Shown: piece by piece, positions 1-9,604 of the stretch
How the letters are laid out: each line of letters starts with the position of its first letter
Position numbering within the stretch: the stretch's first letter is position 1
Source: Arenicellales bacterium
GTDB taxonomy: Bacteria > Pseudomonadota > Gammaproteobacteria > Arenicellales > JAJDZL01
Length of the DNA: 64,000 nt
Direction of reading: 5' to 3'
Assembly (NCBI GenBank): GCA_965200545.1
Contig: CBDAUJ010000005.1
Coordinates: 25,585 to 89,584 of the forward strand
Notes under the pieces: model-generated
The model's database searches: none
What the model saw: only the letters and a program-made list of their open reading frames with translations
Told to the model about the DNA's origin: nothing
Made by a program: the position numbers and the translations under genes

Positions 1-2
1 TC

Positions 3-533
3 GCTGAGGACATTGTCCGCTCTATTCAAGCCCGCCGCTCGCCAATTGTGCTGACCGAACGGAAAGATCATCTCCAATATCTCACCGCCCGCCTGACAGG
101 GCTGGCCGATCATTTAATTGTCTTGCAAGGCGGCGTTGCCTCAAAGAGAAGGCGCGAAACCCTCGCTGCTCTTGATGCAATCGGCGAAGACGAGGAGCGA
201 ATCATACTCGCAACCGGCCGCTATATCGGTGAAGGGTTTGACGATGCAAGGCTCGACACCTTGTTTTTGACCATGCCAGTTTCATGGCGCGGAACCATCG
301 TGCAATATGCCGGCCGACTGAATCGCTTGCATCCTCGAAAGACGGATGTACGCATTTACGACTACCTGGATCGGCGTGTTCCGGTATTGGTGCGGATGTA
401 CGAGCGTTGTCTCAAAGGCTATCGATCCATCGGTTATTCTTCTGCAGACGATCAAGACCTGCCAGCGCTGCTGCCACGAGGCACAGCTCACCTCTGCGTG
501 TCACCTCGCAAACGAAACAATCCAGAAACCTGA
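3..533 (+). CDS. C-terminal part of an SF2 (ResIII/DEAD-like) helicase, 5'-truncated by the window edge
   Basis: Frame open from base 3; helicase C-terminal motifs ILATGRYIGEGFDDARLDTLFL and QYAGRL, followed by VRIYDY. Confidence 0.85.
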   Translation, partial: AEDIVRSIQARRSPIVLTERKDHLQYLTARLTGLADHLIVLQGGVASKRRRETLAALDAIGEDEERIILATGRYIGEGFDDARLDTLFLTMPVSWRGTIVQYAGRLNRLHPRKTDVRIYDYLDRRVPVLVRMYERCLKGYRSIGYSSADDQDLPALLPRGTAHLCVSPRKRNNPET

Positions 534-600
534 GCCAGAGGTCGATGATTGTGGAAACTGCGCCGCTCTCTATATCAGCTCGGATACTGCAAATTGGCGG

Positions 601-1923
601 TCATTCGCCTGCGGCTGATTTTCCTGAACCGTCGTCATTGAATGATGGCCCCGCAACTGCAGCTTGGATTTCTGCTATCGTCGATTCTGCAACCCAGTCA
701 TCGTTCTCAGACGGCGTTTCAACTGTGTATTCCGCAGGTTTCCATCCAGTGCTCAGTCCGACAAAATGCAAAAACCAAATATCAGTGACTTTGCCGTAAA
801 CTGTATCGATTCTCGGTTTCGGATACTTGAACTTGAACACTTTCTTTGTCAATTCCCAAATAACTTTTTTCACCTTGAACAGCATCATGAGCTGAAGCGG
901 ATACCTTTTTCGGAACTCATCGTTTTTTTCCGAGTCAGTTGTATGGACTGTGTTGTAACCAACATTGCCAAAACTGTAGATGTATTTTGTTCGCCCGTAT
1001 GGATTCCATATTTTGCTCAATCCCTGATAGCCAGGCCTGCGTTCCCGATACGTGAAATCCCAGCATCTGACCTCGCTGCTGCGCATGACTGCCGGGTCGC
1101 TGGGCACCATAAATTGACTCACGGCGAGGCAGCCAGGCGTTGGAGAATGCAATGTCTTGTCAAGATGCTCAAGTAAATTGCCTTTCGAAAGCATCAGATA
1201 TTCGTCGACATCAAAATTCAGACAGTAGCCGTCAGCAACTGCAAACCGCATTCGACAGTGATTCAATGACCCGATCTGGCAGTAGAAATAAGGCTTGAAC
1301 CCCCCATAGAGGAAGGGCCAGTCCACGAATACAATTTCCAAATTCAGTCTCAGCTGCATGAGAAACTCAATCACTTCTTTTCGGGACTGACTCTGGTTGT
1401 CGTAAAACACAAGCCGATTCACACCATGCATTCTGCTGTACCAGGCAACCCAGTCGGATATCCAAGGTATTGGGTTGTCTTTCTGTAAAGTAGTCAGCGT
1501 CAGTCGACGATCTTGACTTGAAATAAGCGTAGGGATAGAGTGACTCGATTCCAAGGGGACAGTGACGAAAAACGAAGTGAACTCAAACACCACATCGAAT
1601 CGATCAGGCAAGACAGTGTCAATGGATTCGGTGCGCAAAAAGACAAGTTCTTTGATTGACTGAATCCGATAGTTGACAGCTTGACCCAAAATACGAATCG
1701 TCAGTGGCCAAATATCTTTGCGCAAGTTGAGTAACTCTGGCCCCAGACCTACAACACAATTTTCTGTCTCATCAAAAAATACGTCATAGAATACCGTGAG
1801 CGAATCCAAGCTTTTCTTGTGCTCATCGGACAATTCTGAATATCGCGGAAACTCTCTTCGGACTGGTGCCGATTCTGGAATACAAACTGGACGAGGCTGA
1901 TAGATGATTACATTAGCCATCAC
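601..1923 (-). CDS. GT-A fold glycosyltransferase (GT92/GT2-like)
   Basis: TLQKDN..WI.DWV.WY...HGV....FYDN.S segment, Q...LNHC and the DxD motif FDVDEY. Confidence 0.7.
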   Translation of the reverse strand: MMANVIIYQPRPVCIPESAPVRREFPRYSELSDEHKKSLDSLTVFYDVFFDETENCVVGLGPELLNLRKDIWPLTIRILGQAVNYRIQSIKELVFLRTESIDTVLPDRFDVVFEFTSFFVTVPLESSHSIPTLISSQDRRLTLTTLQKDNPIPWISDWVAWYSRMHGVNRLVFYDNQSQSRKEVIEFLMQLRLNLEIVFVDWPFLYGGFKPYFYCQIGSLNHCRMRFAVADGYCLNFDVDEYLMLSKGNLLEHLDKTLHSPTPGCLAVSQFMVPSDPAVMRSSEVRCWDFTYRERRPGYQGLSKIWNPYGRTKYIYSFGNVGYNTVHTTDSEKNDEFRKRYPLQLMMLFKVKKVIWELTKKVFKFKYPKPRIDTVYGKVTDIWFLHFVGLSTGWKPAEYTVETPSENDDWVAESTIAEIQAAVAGPSFNDDGSGKSAAGE

Positions 1924-2123
1924 TGTTGTCTCGTTTTGAACGGAGATAGCTGCGCATCGAATTGATATATTTTGAATAAGGCTCTGTCTCAGGATGCTAG
2001 GATTGCTCCAAATGTCAATCAGATCAGTCTGCCTCGAAACAGAGAATCTTAGAAATTGAGAGTCTGCTTGCGATGAATAAAGAGCATTATGATTTTACAA
2101 ATCATAGCCGATAAATGTGATGA

Positions 2124-2766
2124 TTGGATTATTCTTTCAGCCAAAAATTATTGTCTGCACGATTTTGTTCTATCTGTTTGCGTTCGCTCATTGCTGTTGC
2201 ACAGAGTGCAAATCCCGACACATCGTATGTAAAGATTCTATTTCAAGAGCTGAGTAACACACTATGCGACTCAAACTCGGATAATCTGGATTTAGACTTT
2301 GATGGGATAGATTCGAAATATTCTGCTCAGCCTCTGACATTTGGATACAAAGTCGAGGCAGTCAATAAACAGCTGTTCGTTTCCAGCGACAACGGCGAAA
2401 GTCCTGAAAACTACATATACGCATATCGACCAGAATTAATCTGGCTGGCTTGGAATAGTTGAGAACATCTAGAAGTCCCAAGTTGTTGATTTAGAAACGT
2501 GGACAAAAGATCTGATCCAAGAAATTCCAACCACTTCAGACAAGAGCCTTGATCAGATATTCGTTATAGCCGGCGAGCATGAGCTGAATCACAGATGGTG
2601 GCGAGCAGATCAGTATTTCGGATTCAGATTTGCCGACTTGCCTTTAGCCGAATCTATAGCGAGTGCAGATCATGTTTCAGCTGGCGGTGAAATTGCTGAA
2701 AAAATAGAGCGAATTCTCAAATATAAGGCAGTTTCAATAGACAAGACAAACCTCAACCTTCCCTAA
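2124..2766 (+). pseudogene. Fragmented hypothetical gene, truncated by the IS1380 end
   Basis: ORF 2124-2462, then a second stop-free frame ~2473-2766 (VVDLETWTKDLIQE...) whose stop codon lies inside the IS inverted repeat. Confidence 0.4.
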
Positions 2767-4443
2767 ATCCGCGTTAGAGCGACATTTTCGCATCAATTGG
2801 TCGATTTCGGCCTTTTTCGAGCCCGATTTTGCCGTGTCGGTCAGCCGCGGTGAGAAAAATCGGGAATCGGCTTGTCCAAACGGCGCACTGGCGCCGCTTG
2901 GGCAGCCTTTCGGCCCATTCAGTACACGCGCAACCCTCAGCGGAGCGCTGATATCTGTCAGATTGAAAGCGCCGCCGGCAGCGGCGCCGAGTCAGGCGGC
3001 CGGCAGCAGCCGGTCAATGCCATCCATCACCCGATCCAGCAGCAGCCGGTGACGATGCCGCATCCGCAGCGCCGTCTGGCGGGCGTGATGCGCAATCCGG
3101 CCACAAATCGCAAACAGCCGACAGCGTACCGTCGAGGCCCGAGCGCTCTCAAACTCCTGCGGCAGCGTGAAGCGAAACAAAACAGACACGCTGCATGCAA
3201 ACGCACTGAGCGACAGCCGCAGCGCATTGGCCTGATGATCACTGCACGGCATCCGCCCGCTGGCGAAATCCTGCCTCATCTCGCGGATGCGATTCTCGCT
3301 GCATTCGCCACGCCGGCTGTACCAGCGCACGATGCCGCTGTCATCCCAGCCGTCCAGCACATCCAGATTGGTCCCAATCGCACGATACACAGACCGGTCG
3401 CAGTCAATCGTCTGATTGTCCACCCCGCACAGCATCTCCAGCCGCTGCTGAACCGGCCCGCCGTCATCGGCCTCATCTTTCAGACGACGCTGAATCAAAG
3501 CGGCGAGCGCCTCCTCAGCACCGCCCGTCACATGCAGCATGCGCAGCGTCGATTCTTTCTGTGACAGCGCGCCGTCGCGCCGGCGCAGCGGCTGCCAGCC
3601 GCTTTCTCGGCTGCTCGCAATCGCAAACCGAATGTCATCGCAGCTTTTCGCCCGAATCGCACAGCCAATGCCGTGCGCATGGCAATACCCGATGACCTGC
3701 TTTGACCAGCCGGCTGCATCAATGCGCACCCGGGTTACCTTCACCCCCGATGGCAAGGCCCGGATACAGCGCTTGATAAAACCTGAATTGTCATCGTTCG
3801 GCGGGCGATTGCCGCGCCGAAAATCACTCGCCGCCACCTGCCCGGTCTCAGCGATGCGGCCGACCATCGGCATATATCCTCGCTGTCCAAGATAGGTTCG
3901 CCGCGCATGCTTTTTGCCGCACAGCGCCGCGGTCGCATCGATGTCCAGCGTCACCTGACACCGGTCACCCAGCGCCATCTGGATGACTCTCGCATTCAGC
4001 CGCTCCAGCAGCTTGCGGCCCGCACCGCAGCGGCCCAGCGCGTCGGCTTTGGGAATCCGCCGGATGCCCGGCAGCGGCATCAAGCCCCGCTCGGCATGCA
4101 GATGGCGCACATCCTCCAGACACTGCCCGCCCTCAATGAACAGCAGCACAAACACATTGAGAAACTCGCTGGCGCGACAGCCCCGGCTGCTGCCGGCAGC
4201 TGGAAACAGCTGCTCGCACTGCTCGCTCAAACCCAGCTTGGCCATGAAATGCGCCAATGCCGTCAGTCCGGCTCGGGAGGTGAATTTCGCGCCGGTCGAT
4301 TCGCGTCGGTGTGGTACAATCCCCATCAGCCTTGCTCCGTATTCTGGTGATGTCTCACCCAATGGGTGAAACGGATTTAGTTTTCAACCTGTTATATTGG
4401 CAGGGCTTTTCTTGTTTTTGAGTTCTCTAAAGCGGATTTAGGG
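2761..4443 (-). mobile_element. IS1380-family insertion sequence
   Basis: 19-bp terminal inverted repeats ccctaaatccgcgttagag (2761-2779) and ctctaaagcggatttaggg (4425-4443), 1 mismatch; encloses the transposase; GC-richer than its flanks. Confidence 0.88.
2992..4362 (-). CDS. IS1380-family DDE transposase (possibly somewhat degenerate)
   Basis: TSRAGL N-terminus; TLDIDAT, RIDAAG and YSRRGECSENRIRE DDE motifs. Confidence 0.88.
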   Translation of the reverse strand: MGETSPEYGARLMGIVPHRRESTGAKFTSRAGLTALAHFMAKLGLSEQCEQLFPAAGSSRGCRASEFLNVFVLLFIEGGQCLEDVRHLHAERGLMPLPGIRRIPKADALGRCGAGRKLLERLNARVIQMALGDRCQVTLDIDATAALCGKKHARRTYLGQRGYMPMVGRIAETGQVAASDFRRGNRPPNDDNSGFIKRCIRALPSGVKVTRVRIDAAGWSKQVIGYCHAHGIGCAIRAKSCDDIRFAIASSRESGWQPLRRRDGALSQKESTLRMLHVTGGAEEALAALIQRRLKDEADDGGPVQQRLEMLCGVDNQTIDCDRSVYRAIGTNLDVLDGWDDSGIVRWYSRRGECSENRIREMRQDFASGRMPCSDHQANALRLSLSAFACSVSVLFRFTLPQEFESARASTVRCRLFAICGRIAHHARQTALRMRHRHRLLLDRVMDGIDRLLPAA

Positions 4444-4708
4444 GTTTTGAAACATACTTTTTCGAATAGCCGACATTCAGTTTCGCAAATCGACCATTTG
4501 AAGATAAACGCATTCGCGAAACTCGCCTTACCTCAACCATTTGAGATGTTGAATCATCACAACCGAATGCTTCTAACCAATTTACTGAGAGCCCTGATTC
4601 ATTCTCCCTGAGACAGAATGCTGTCCCTTCAACATGCTCTCCATCCATCTGCCTGGGCCTGATGTATCGCACAACATGATGGTCAGATGCTATCTTCTGG
4701 CTGCTCAT
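4427..4708 (-). pseudogene. Putative ART-fold toxin-like protein, C-terminally truncated by IS1380
   Basis: HVVRY...AF..R..E.GLSVNW pattern resembles ORF 10961-11437; the last codons and stop lie inside the IS inverted repeat. Confidence 0.5.
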
Positions 4709-5243
4709 ACATCATCCAATTGAGATTCAATGCCTTCAATTGACTTATTACTGCGCTGGAGTTTGCTACACCATAAGATCTGGATACGATTGATGACCTG
4801 GCTCCATCATCGCTGAACAACACATATTCGATTGAATCGCTGTTCATGAACTGCAATCCTATAAATGACTCACCGTCGCAATTCCAAACTGCGCGCAGAT
4901 TGCCGTTGTCTTTCAGCACAAGGGATCCTTTTTTGGTTGGCAAGAGTTGCCAAGTAAATTGCCTGAATCCTTCCATAGAGTCTGAATTAAACGGTTCGTT
5001 GTCGGCTTCGCTCTCTGTTTTCAAAAATTGCAGCCGTCTATCATACTGTTTTGCTACTTTTAGAAAACGCGAGAATAGACAATTACGCTCAGGTATACGA
5101 ATGTTTGAGTACGACATAAAGAAGCGCGAACTCTGAGTCGATCGATTTTGCACTTCACTTGTTGCATGAAAAAAGTTTCTGTCTGCATTCGCAAGAGAAT
5201 TTGGTGGAACCTCGATATTAAGAATCACGTCTCTCAAGATCAA
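4683..5243 (-). CDS. Hypothetical protein, partner of the downstream toxin-like ORF
   Basis: 186 aa; overlaps the downstream ORF; C-terminal LVLKDNGNLRAVW...FIGLQF...IEY resembles 10417-10980. Confidence 0.6.
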   Translation of the reverse strand: MILRDVILNIEVPPNSLANADRNFFHATSEVQNRSTQSSRFFMSYSNIRIPERNCLFSRFLKVAKQYDRRLQFLKTESEADNEPFNSDSMEGFRQFTWQLLPTKKGSLVLKDNGNLRAVWNCDGESFIGLQFMNSDSIEYVLFSDDGARSSIVSRSYGVANSSAVISQLKALNLNWMMYEQPEDSI

Positions 5244-6699
5244 ATGATCCTTAATTTTGGGTAAAAGTAGAGGAGTAAGCTTTCATTGGTTCTAACATCC
5301 AAAATTTTCCTTGTGATCGAAGTTATAGTTCATTTTTCGGGGTTGCCATCCGACCAAAATATTGAATTGATATTTACGGATTGTAAGGTACTGCAAGTTT
5401 TAACGGAAAAAGACAGCACACCATGCCAGGCTTATCAAGATGCTTGTAGACAGTGCTCGACAAAAAATCAAACTCTCTGATTTTCCGACCAACGTGATTA
5501 ACTGGCCAGCAATGTTGCATTGCCAGCACGAAATCTGTATTCCAGCATATCGGCGTAAAAACTGGAATAAAAATTTACAAGCCTGATATCAGTGCTGCAA
5601 ATGCATGAGTCGCTCAAGAAACCTGGGCTTATTTGCATGTTTTCTGCGAACCTTTTCCAGACGTATGAAGTATTCCTCAGCCGAGCCATTCCTATCAGCC
5701 AATGTCTTTAGATCAGACAGCAATTGAGCCGCGGCATCATAACTTCTGCCGCTTTTGATTTTGAGTTGCTTTTCAACATCTTGCCACGCAGATTCACCTT
5801 TGCGAAAGATTGCATCCAGTCGCTCTTGGTAAACTTGCTGTTCTCTGATTCTGCGCCGCTCTTGCTCGACTTCCCGCTGCTTGCGCTCAGCAACATGGCG
5901 CTCCTCACGAACCTGTTCCGAACGGATACGCAATTCCGATGCGGTTCGATAGGTACGGGCCGCCGAAGCAGAGGCTAGATCAGCATCATTCACTATTTTT
6001 CGAATTTCTAAAACGACATGAGGATCGCCGTCCGCGATCCGGCATAGCAATCTCGTCTTTTCATCATCAGGCATATCTTTGATCGCTGCGTGACTGACCT
6101 TCGCGCCTTTCTTATCATTGGAACTGCCAGCTGGCCCCTCGGCTGCGGCCGCAACCAGATCAGGATCAATTCGGAGAAAATTTGCAAAAGACTTCAGTGT
6201 TGCGTTCAGAGGCCCAATGCCAGGCAGCGGTTCTTTGATCTCATCTCGGAGTCCGCCCTGGTCAACCATCCAGAGCCATGCCAAATAGAGCGCTCGCAAA
6301 TCGCCGGAAAGAATGTCAGATCTGAGCATTGCCATACCTGCAAGCGAATAGGAATCCCCGTCTGAATCATCCCAATAATCGTCTTCTTCAGGACTAGAGC
6401 AGAAGTCAAGAAGCACATTACTCTCCAGCGTCGATTACCTTTAAAATTCCAAATTCATTCAAGAAAGGCTTGAACTGCGACTGATCGACCAGCCGCTGGG
6501 GCAATCGAATCATGAGCTGGCGCGTTCCCCAACTGTTCCAATACAGATGCAGATCAAACCAGCGTCTCATGAATTGATGCACACTGCCCTTAAAGTCTCC
6601 CCAGTGATATTCATTGGCAAAACTTGTTTCTGATATGTTTTAACCTGTTTGTCGTTTCCCGGATTCGTTCAATATACAATAATACTCTGATGAAGAAAA

Positions 6700-6882
6700 G
6701 CAGCAGGTGCGGCCTTGGCGGTGACACTGAGTTGACAATCTGATATGCGTGGGTTGATTACCACATGACTCTGTTGCGTCACGGATCTGCCTCAGTCTGA
6801 TTTCGTGGATCGCATTGGCCATATGGCCAATGCGCCGACCTAGAAACAACGAGGGTTTTTCCATAAGACCTGCACCTGCTGC
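6700..6882 (-). ncRNA. Predicted bridge/seek RNA of the IS1111-type element
   Basis: 11-bp closing stem (6700-6710 with 6872-6882), perfect 24-bp palindrome 6811-6834, and segments matching the element end (6739-6747) and the target flank (6842-6849). Confidence 0.7.
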
Positions 6883-6892
6883 GATTGATCGG

Positions 6893-8128
6893 TCAGCGCT
6901 CAGCCTCGACCTGCAGCCGGCGCAGCTCGTGGCAGCCGATGTCCCAGATGAAGCCGGCCAGCTCGCGGGCGATGGCGGTGACAACGGTTTTGGAGCTCTT
7001 GCCTTTGCGGCACAGCGCCAGATATCGGCCGCACAGTCTTTTCTGGGCCACCCAGGCGCGTTTCACAGCGTATTCGGAAGCGTGCTGCGCCTTGCGCTGG
7101 AGATGTCTGGTGCGGCGTGGCGGATGGCGGTAAGTCCAGGCGCTTTCGGTGAGGATTCTGCGCACTGCGCCATTGCCGGTCCGGGTGATGGCGCCGGTGC
7201 GCCGGCGCGAGCCGCTGCTGAACTCGCTGGGTGTCAGGCCGAGATACGCCATGAACTGTCCGGCGCTGCGGAAGCGGCGCAGGTCGCCGATCTCAGCGGC
7301 CACAGTGACAGCGGTCAGCGTGTCGATCCCGCGCAGGGCGCGCAGCGACTCGACCAGCGGATGGAGTGTCCACAGCTCGCACTGGGCGCCAATGTCGCGC
7401 TCCAGCTCGCTGAGGCGCTGTTCCTGCTGCTCCACAGTGTCCAGGGCGCTGGCCAGCGCAATCTGCTGCGCCGGATGGGAAAACTTCCGGTCTCGCAGCC
7501 AGCTGCGGTGCGCCCGAGTCCACTTGGTTCGGGACCATTGATGACCGTGACGCAGCACAAAATGATTCAGCTGCTGGCGCTGTTTTTGAATACTGCCCTT
7601 GAGGTCGGCGCGCAGGCGCACCAGATCCCGCATGGCCTCCTGCTCGGCATCCGGCACCCACACCGGCGTCAGGCTGCCCAGCGCGGACAGCCGCGCCAGC
7701 TCGCGCGCATCGCGCCGGTCGGTCTTGACCCGGACACCGGGCTTTTTCGGAATCAGCGAAGGCGCCGCCACCTCGCAGCTCACGCCCAGGTCCCGAAGCT
7801 GGCGCCAGATCACAAAGCCGCACGCGCCCGCCTCATACGCCGCATGCACCGACTCGCCGAATTCCTGCCGCAGCCCCTCGATCAGCTTGAGCAGCGCCCC
7901 CGGCCGGTTGGCCACCGTGCCGCGATCCTCAACCGACAGCGGCCGAGACGGATGCGGCCGATACGCCACCGCCACGGCCACCGTGTCCTTGTGAACATCC
8001 AGCCCCGCATGGACCAGCATCCGCCCCGTCGATTCCAAACCCCCGCTGTCACGCTCTCTATAATCTTTCATGCCTGCTCCTCTGGTGGTGGTGAAACGTT
8101 GGAAATACGCATATTCTATATCGCGCAC
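6893..8128 (-). CDS. IS110-family DEDD recombinase/transposase (true start may be downstream, ~8071 or ~8020)
   Basis: GLDVHKD, YEAG and KTDRRDA (DEDD RuvC-like domain); GLTPSEFSSG serine loop; AIARELA C-terminus. Confidence 0.95.
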   Translation of the reverse strand: MRDIEYAYFQRFTTTRGAGMKDYRERDSGGLESTGRMLVHAGLDVHKDTVAVAVAYRPHPSRPLSVEDRGTVANRPGALLKLIEGLRQEFGESVHAAYEAGACGFVIWRQLRDLGVSCEVAAPSLIPKKPGVRVKTDRRDARELARLSALGSLTPVWVPDAEQEAMRDLVRLRADLKGSIQKQRQQLNHFVLRHGHQWSRTKWTRAHRSWLRDRKFSHPAQQIALASALDTVEQQEQRLSELERDIGAQCELWTLHPLVESLRALRGIDTLTAVTVAAEIGDLRRFRSAGQFMAYLGLTPSEFSSGSRRRTGAITRTGNGAVRRILTESAWTYRHPPRRTRHLQRKAQHASEYAVKRAWVAQKRLCGRYLALCRKGKSSKTVVTAIARELAGFIWDIGCHELRRLQVEAER

Positions 8129-9001
8129 TCCCGATAATTTGTGCAGAACAGGTTAAAACATAGGGTCTGTGATATGGGCTCGGCTCGACACGCTTCGCAT
8201 CGCCTTCATATCCTCAGCACTCAGGATGTTGTCGATCGCTCGAAATTCCAAATATTGGTATTCGCTCATAATTGATTCAATCCATAAAGTTGGAGATGTT
8301 CGGATCTTTTTACCAAGACAGGCAAAATTTAATTCACTCGTTCCAGACAAGAAAACGATGGTTTTGCGCACCCAAATTTTGCGACTTGCCGAAATCAGAA
8401 GTCTTGAATGTTAGTTTAGCAAATGTCAATTCTGATTTTTTCACGCACACACCTTTGTTTGAATGACCCGGCCTCCTTAAGGGCCGAGAGAAGCTCAAAA
8501 AGCAAGCTCGCTGCACCACGGCAGAAGATGATCCGATACTATTGGGGTACGCTATAGTTTCTTGCCAAGCTCTGCGACTCAGCAGACCCTCAGGAAGTGG
8601 CCATGTTTTTCGCAATATCGGATTTGTATGGTGCACTCATGCTGAATGATCGCAGTTCCAGCTGCAAGGCTTCGGCAAGAAAGATCTCCATCGACTAGGC
8701 AACGCCTCCATGACCGCCCGCGCATTGGCGCAGAGCCGTATCCGAAAGCGAATGGACAGCATTGTGAATGATAATCCGGAACATCTTCCACAGCTGCGCG
8801 GCACAGCTCAGCCAGGTGACTCGCTTTATCAGCTCGCTGCCCGCAGCGCCGAGCATGGCATAGCGATCTTGGGTCAGCGCAAGGCGTACCAAAATCAGAT
8901 GGCACACCGCCGACAAGCACAGCAACGTATTGGGAGCGCAAAAGATCGCTGCCAATCAAGAGGCTCAATAGAACTCTTTATCGCCACTGTGTACCCTCCA
9001 A

Positions 9002-9120
9002 AACAGTCGGGAAGATATTTACTGTACGGGTTGGCAGCGCTGCGAGATTGGCCTCAAGAGAGCAACAGGCTCGATTGTTTGAATCAGGCGGAATACTTCA
9101 TACTGAAACGCTTCCAGTCT
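9002..9120 (+). repeat. ~119-bp direct-repeat copy of an internal segment of the AlbA_2 gene (12414-12531)
   Basis: Near-identical aacagtcgggaa.atattt...gaatcaggcggaatacttcatactgaaacgcttcc.gtct at both loci. Confidence 0.92.
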
Positions 9121-9604
9121 GCAAATCAGAGGACCCCGTAGCGCCTCCAGGATCGCCATGCGCTCGGCCTTACGCCTGATTCTCTGGCGATCGGCGAAAT
9201 TCTTCCCCGCGCCGCTGTACTTTCTTATGCCTTTGATGATTTTTCGCAGAACACTCATTCCAATAACCCAGCATCACGTACTTTCAACTGCAGATTTATC
9301 GCAGACCGTGAGTCAAAACGTCGGCCCTTACATTGTCATACCGTTCGTGAGCTTTCCAGACGAGATAATCTACACTCGGTGCCGATAAACAGCCAATTCT
9401 AGATCAATGCTTGCAATCAGGCAATCACGATGAATCAAGCTGTTAACCGAAGTAAGATGTCAATCAGATTCCAGCATCTCTTGTTGCAATAGCCGCAGAG
9501 CGACCCTGTCCGCCATATTCAAAATAAATTTGTTTGTAGTGCGTCGCGCTTGAATACAATAGAAAATTATTTTGGACAAGCGACATGAACGGTCGTGTGA
9601 AGTC

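Larger units (their letters stand above)
6633..8169 (-). mobile_element. IS110-family element, IS1111 type (sub-terminal inverted repeats, downstream non-coding region)
   Basis: Perfect 16-bp sub-terminal IRs tatgttttaacctgtt (6634-6649) and aacaggttaaaacata (8147-8162); shared TCTG core at 6629-6632 and 8166-8169; removal restores the host reading frame. Confidence 0.92.
5589..8269 (-). pseudogene. Conserved hypothetical gene (MSEYQY.EF.AID... type) split by the IS110 element, with an additional +1 frameshift near 6420
   Basis: N-terminus MSEYQYLEFRAID...SSRAHI (8269-8170) joins in frame to TETSFANEYHWGDFKG...WGTRQLMIRLP once the IS is removed; continues as ORF 5589-6416 after a one-base shift. 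Confidence 0.8.

Noticed and set aside
6815-8137. 440-aa + strand ORF, and similar long antisense ORFs at 23907-25328, 27338-28435 and 47901-49046
   Set aside because: These are antisense shadows of GC-rich genes with no recognisable motifs.
8695-8990. Possible transposase C-terminal remnant on the minus strand
   Set aside because: The resemblance is too vague; no catalytic motif or IS ends were found.
9125-9400. Short ORFs here and at 11440-11960 that might be gene relics
   Set aside because: No family could be recognised; left unannotated.
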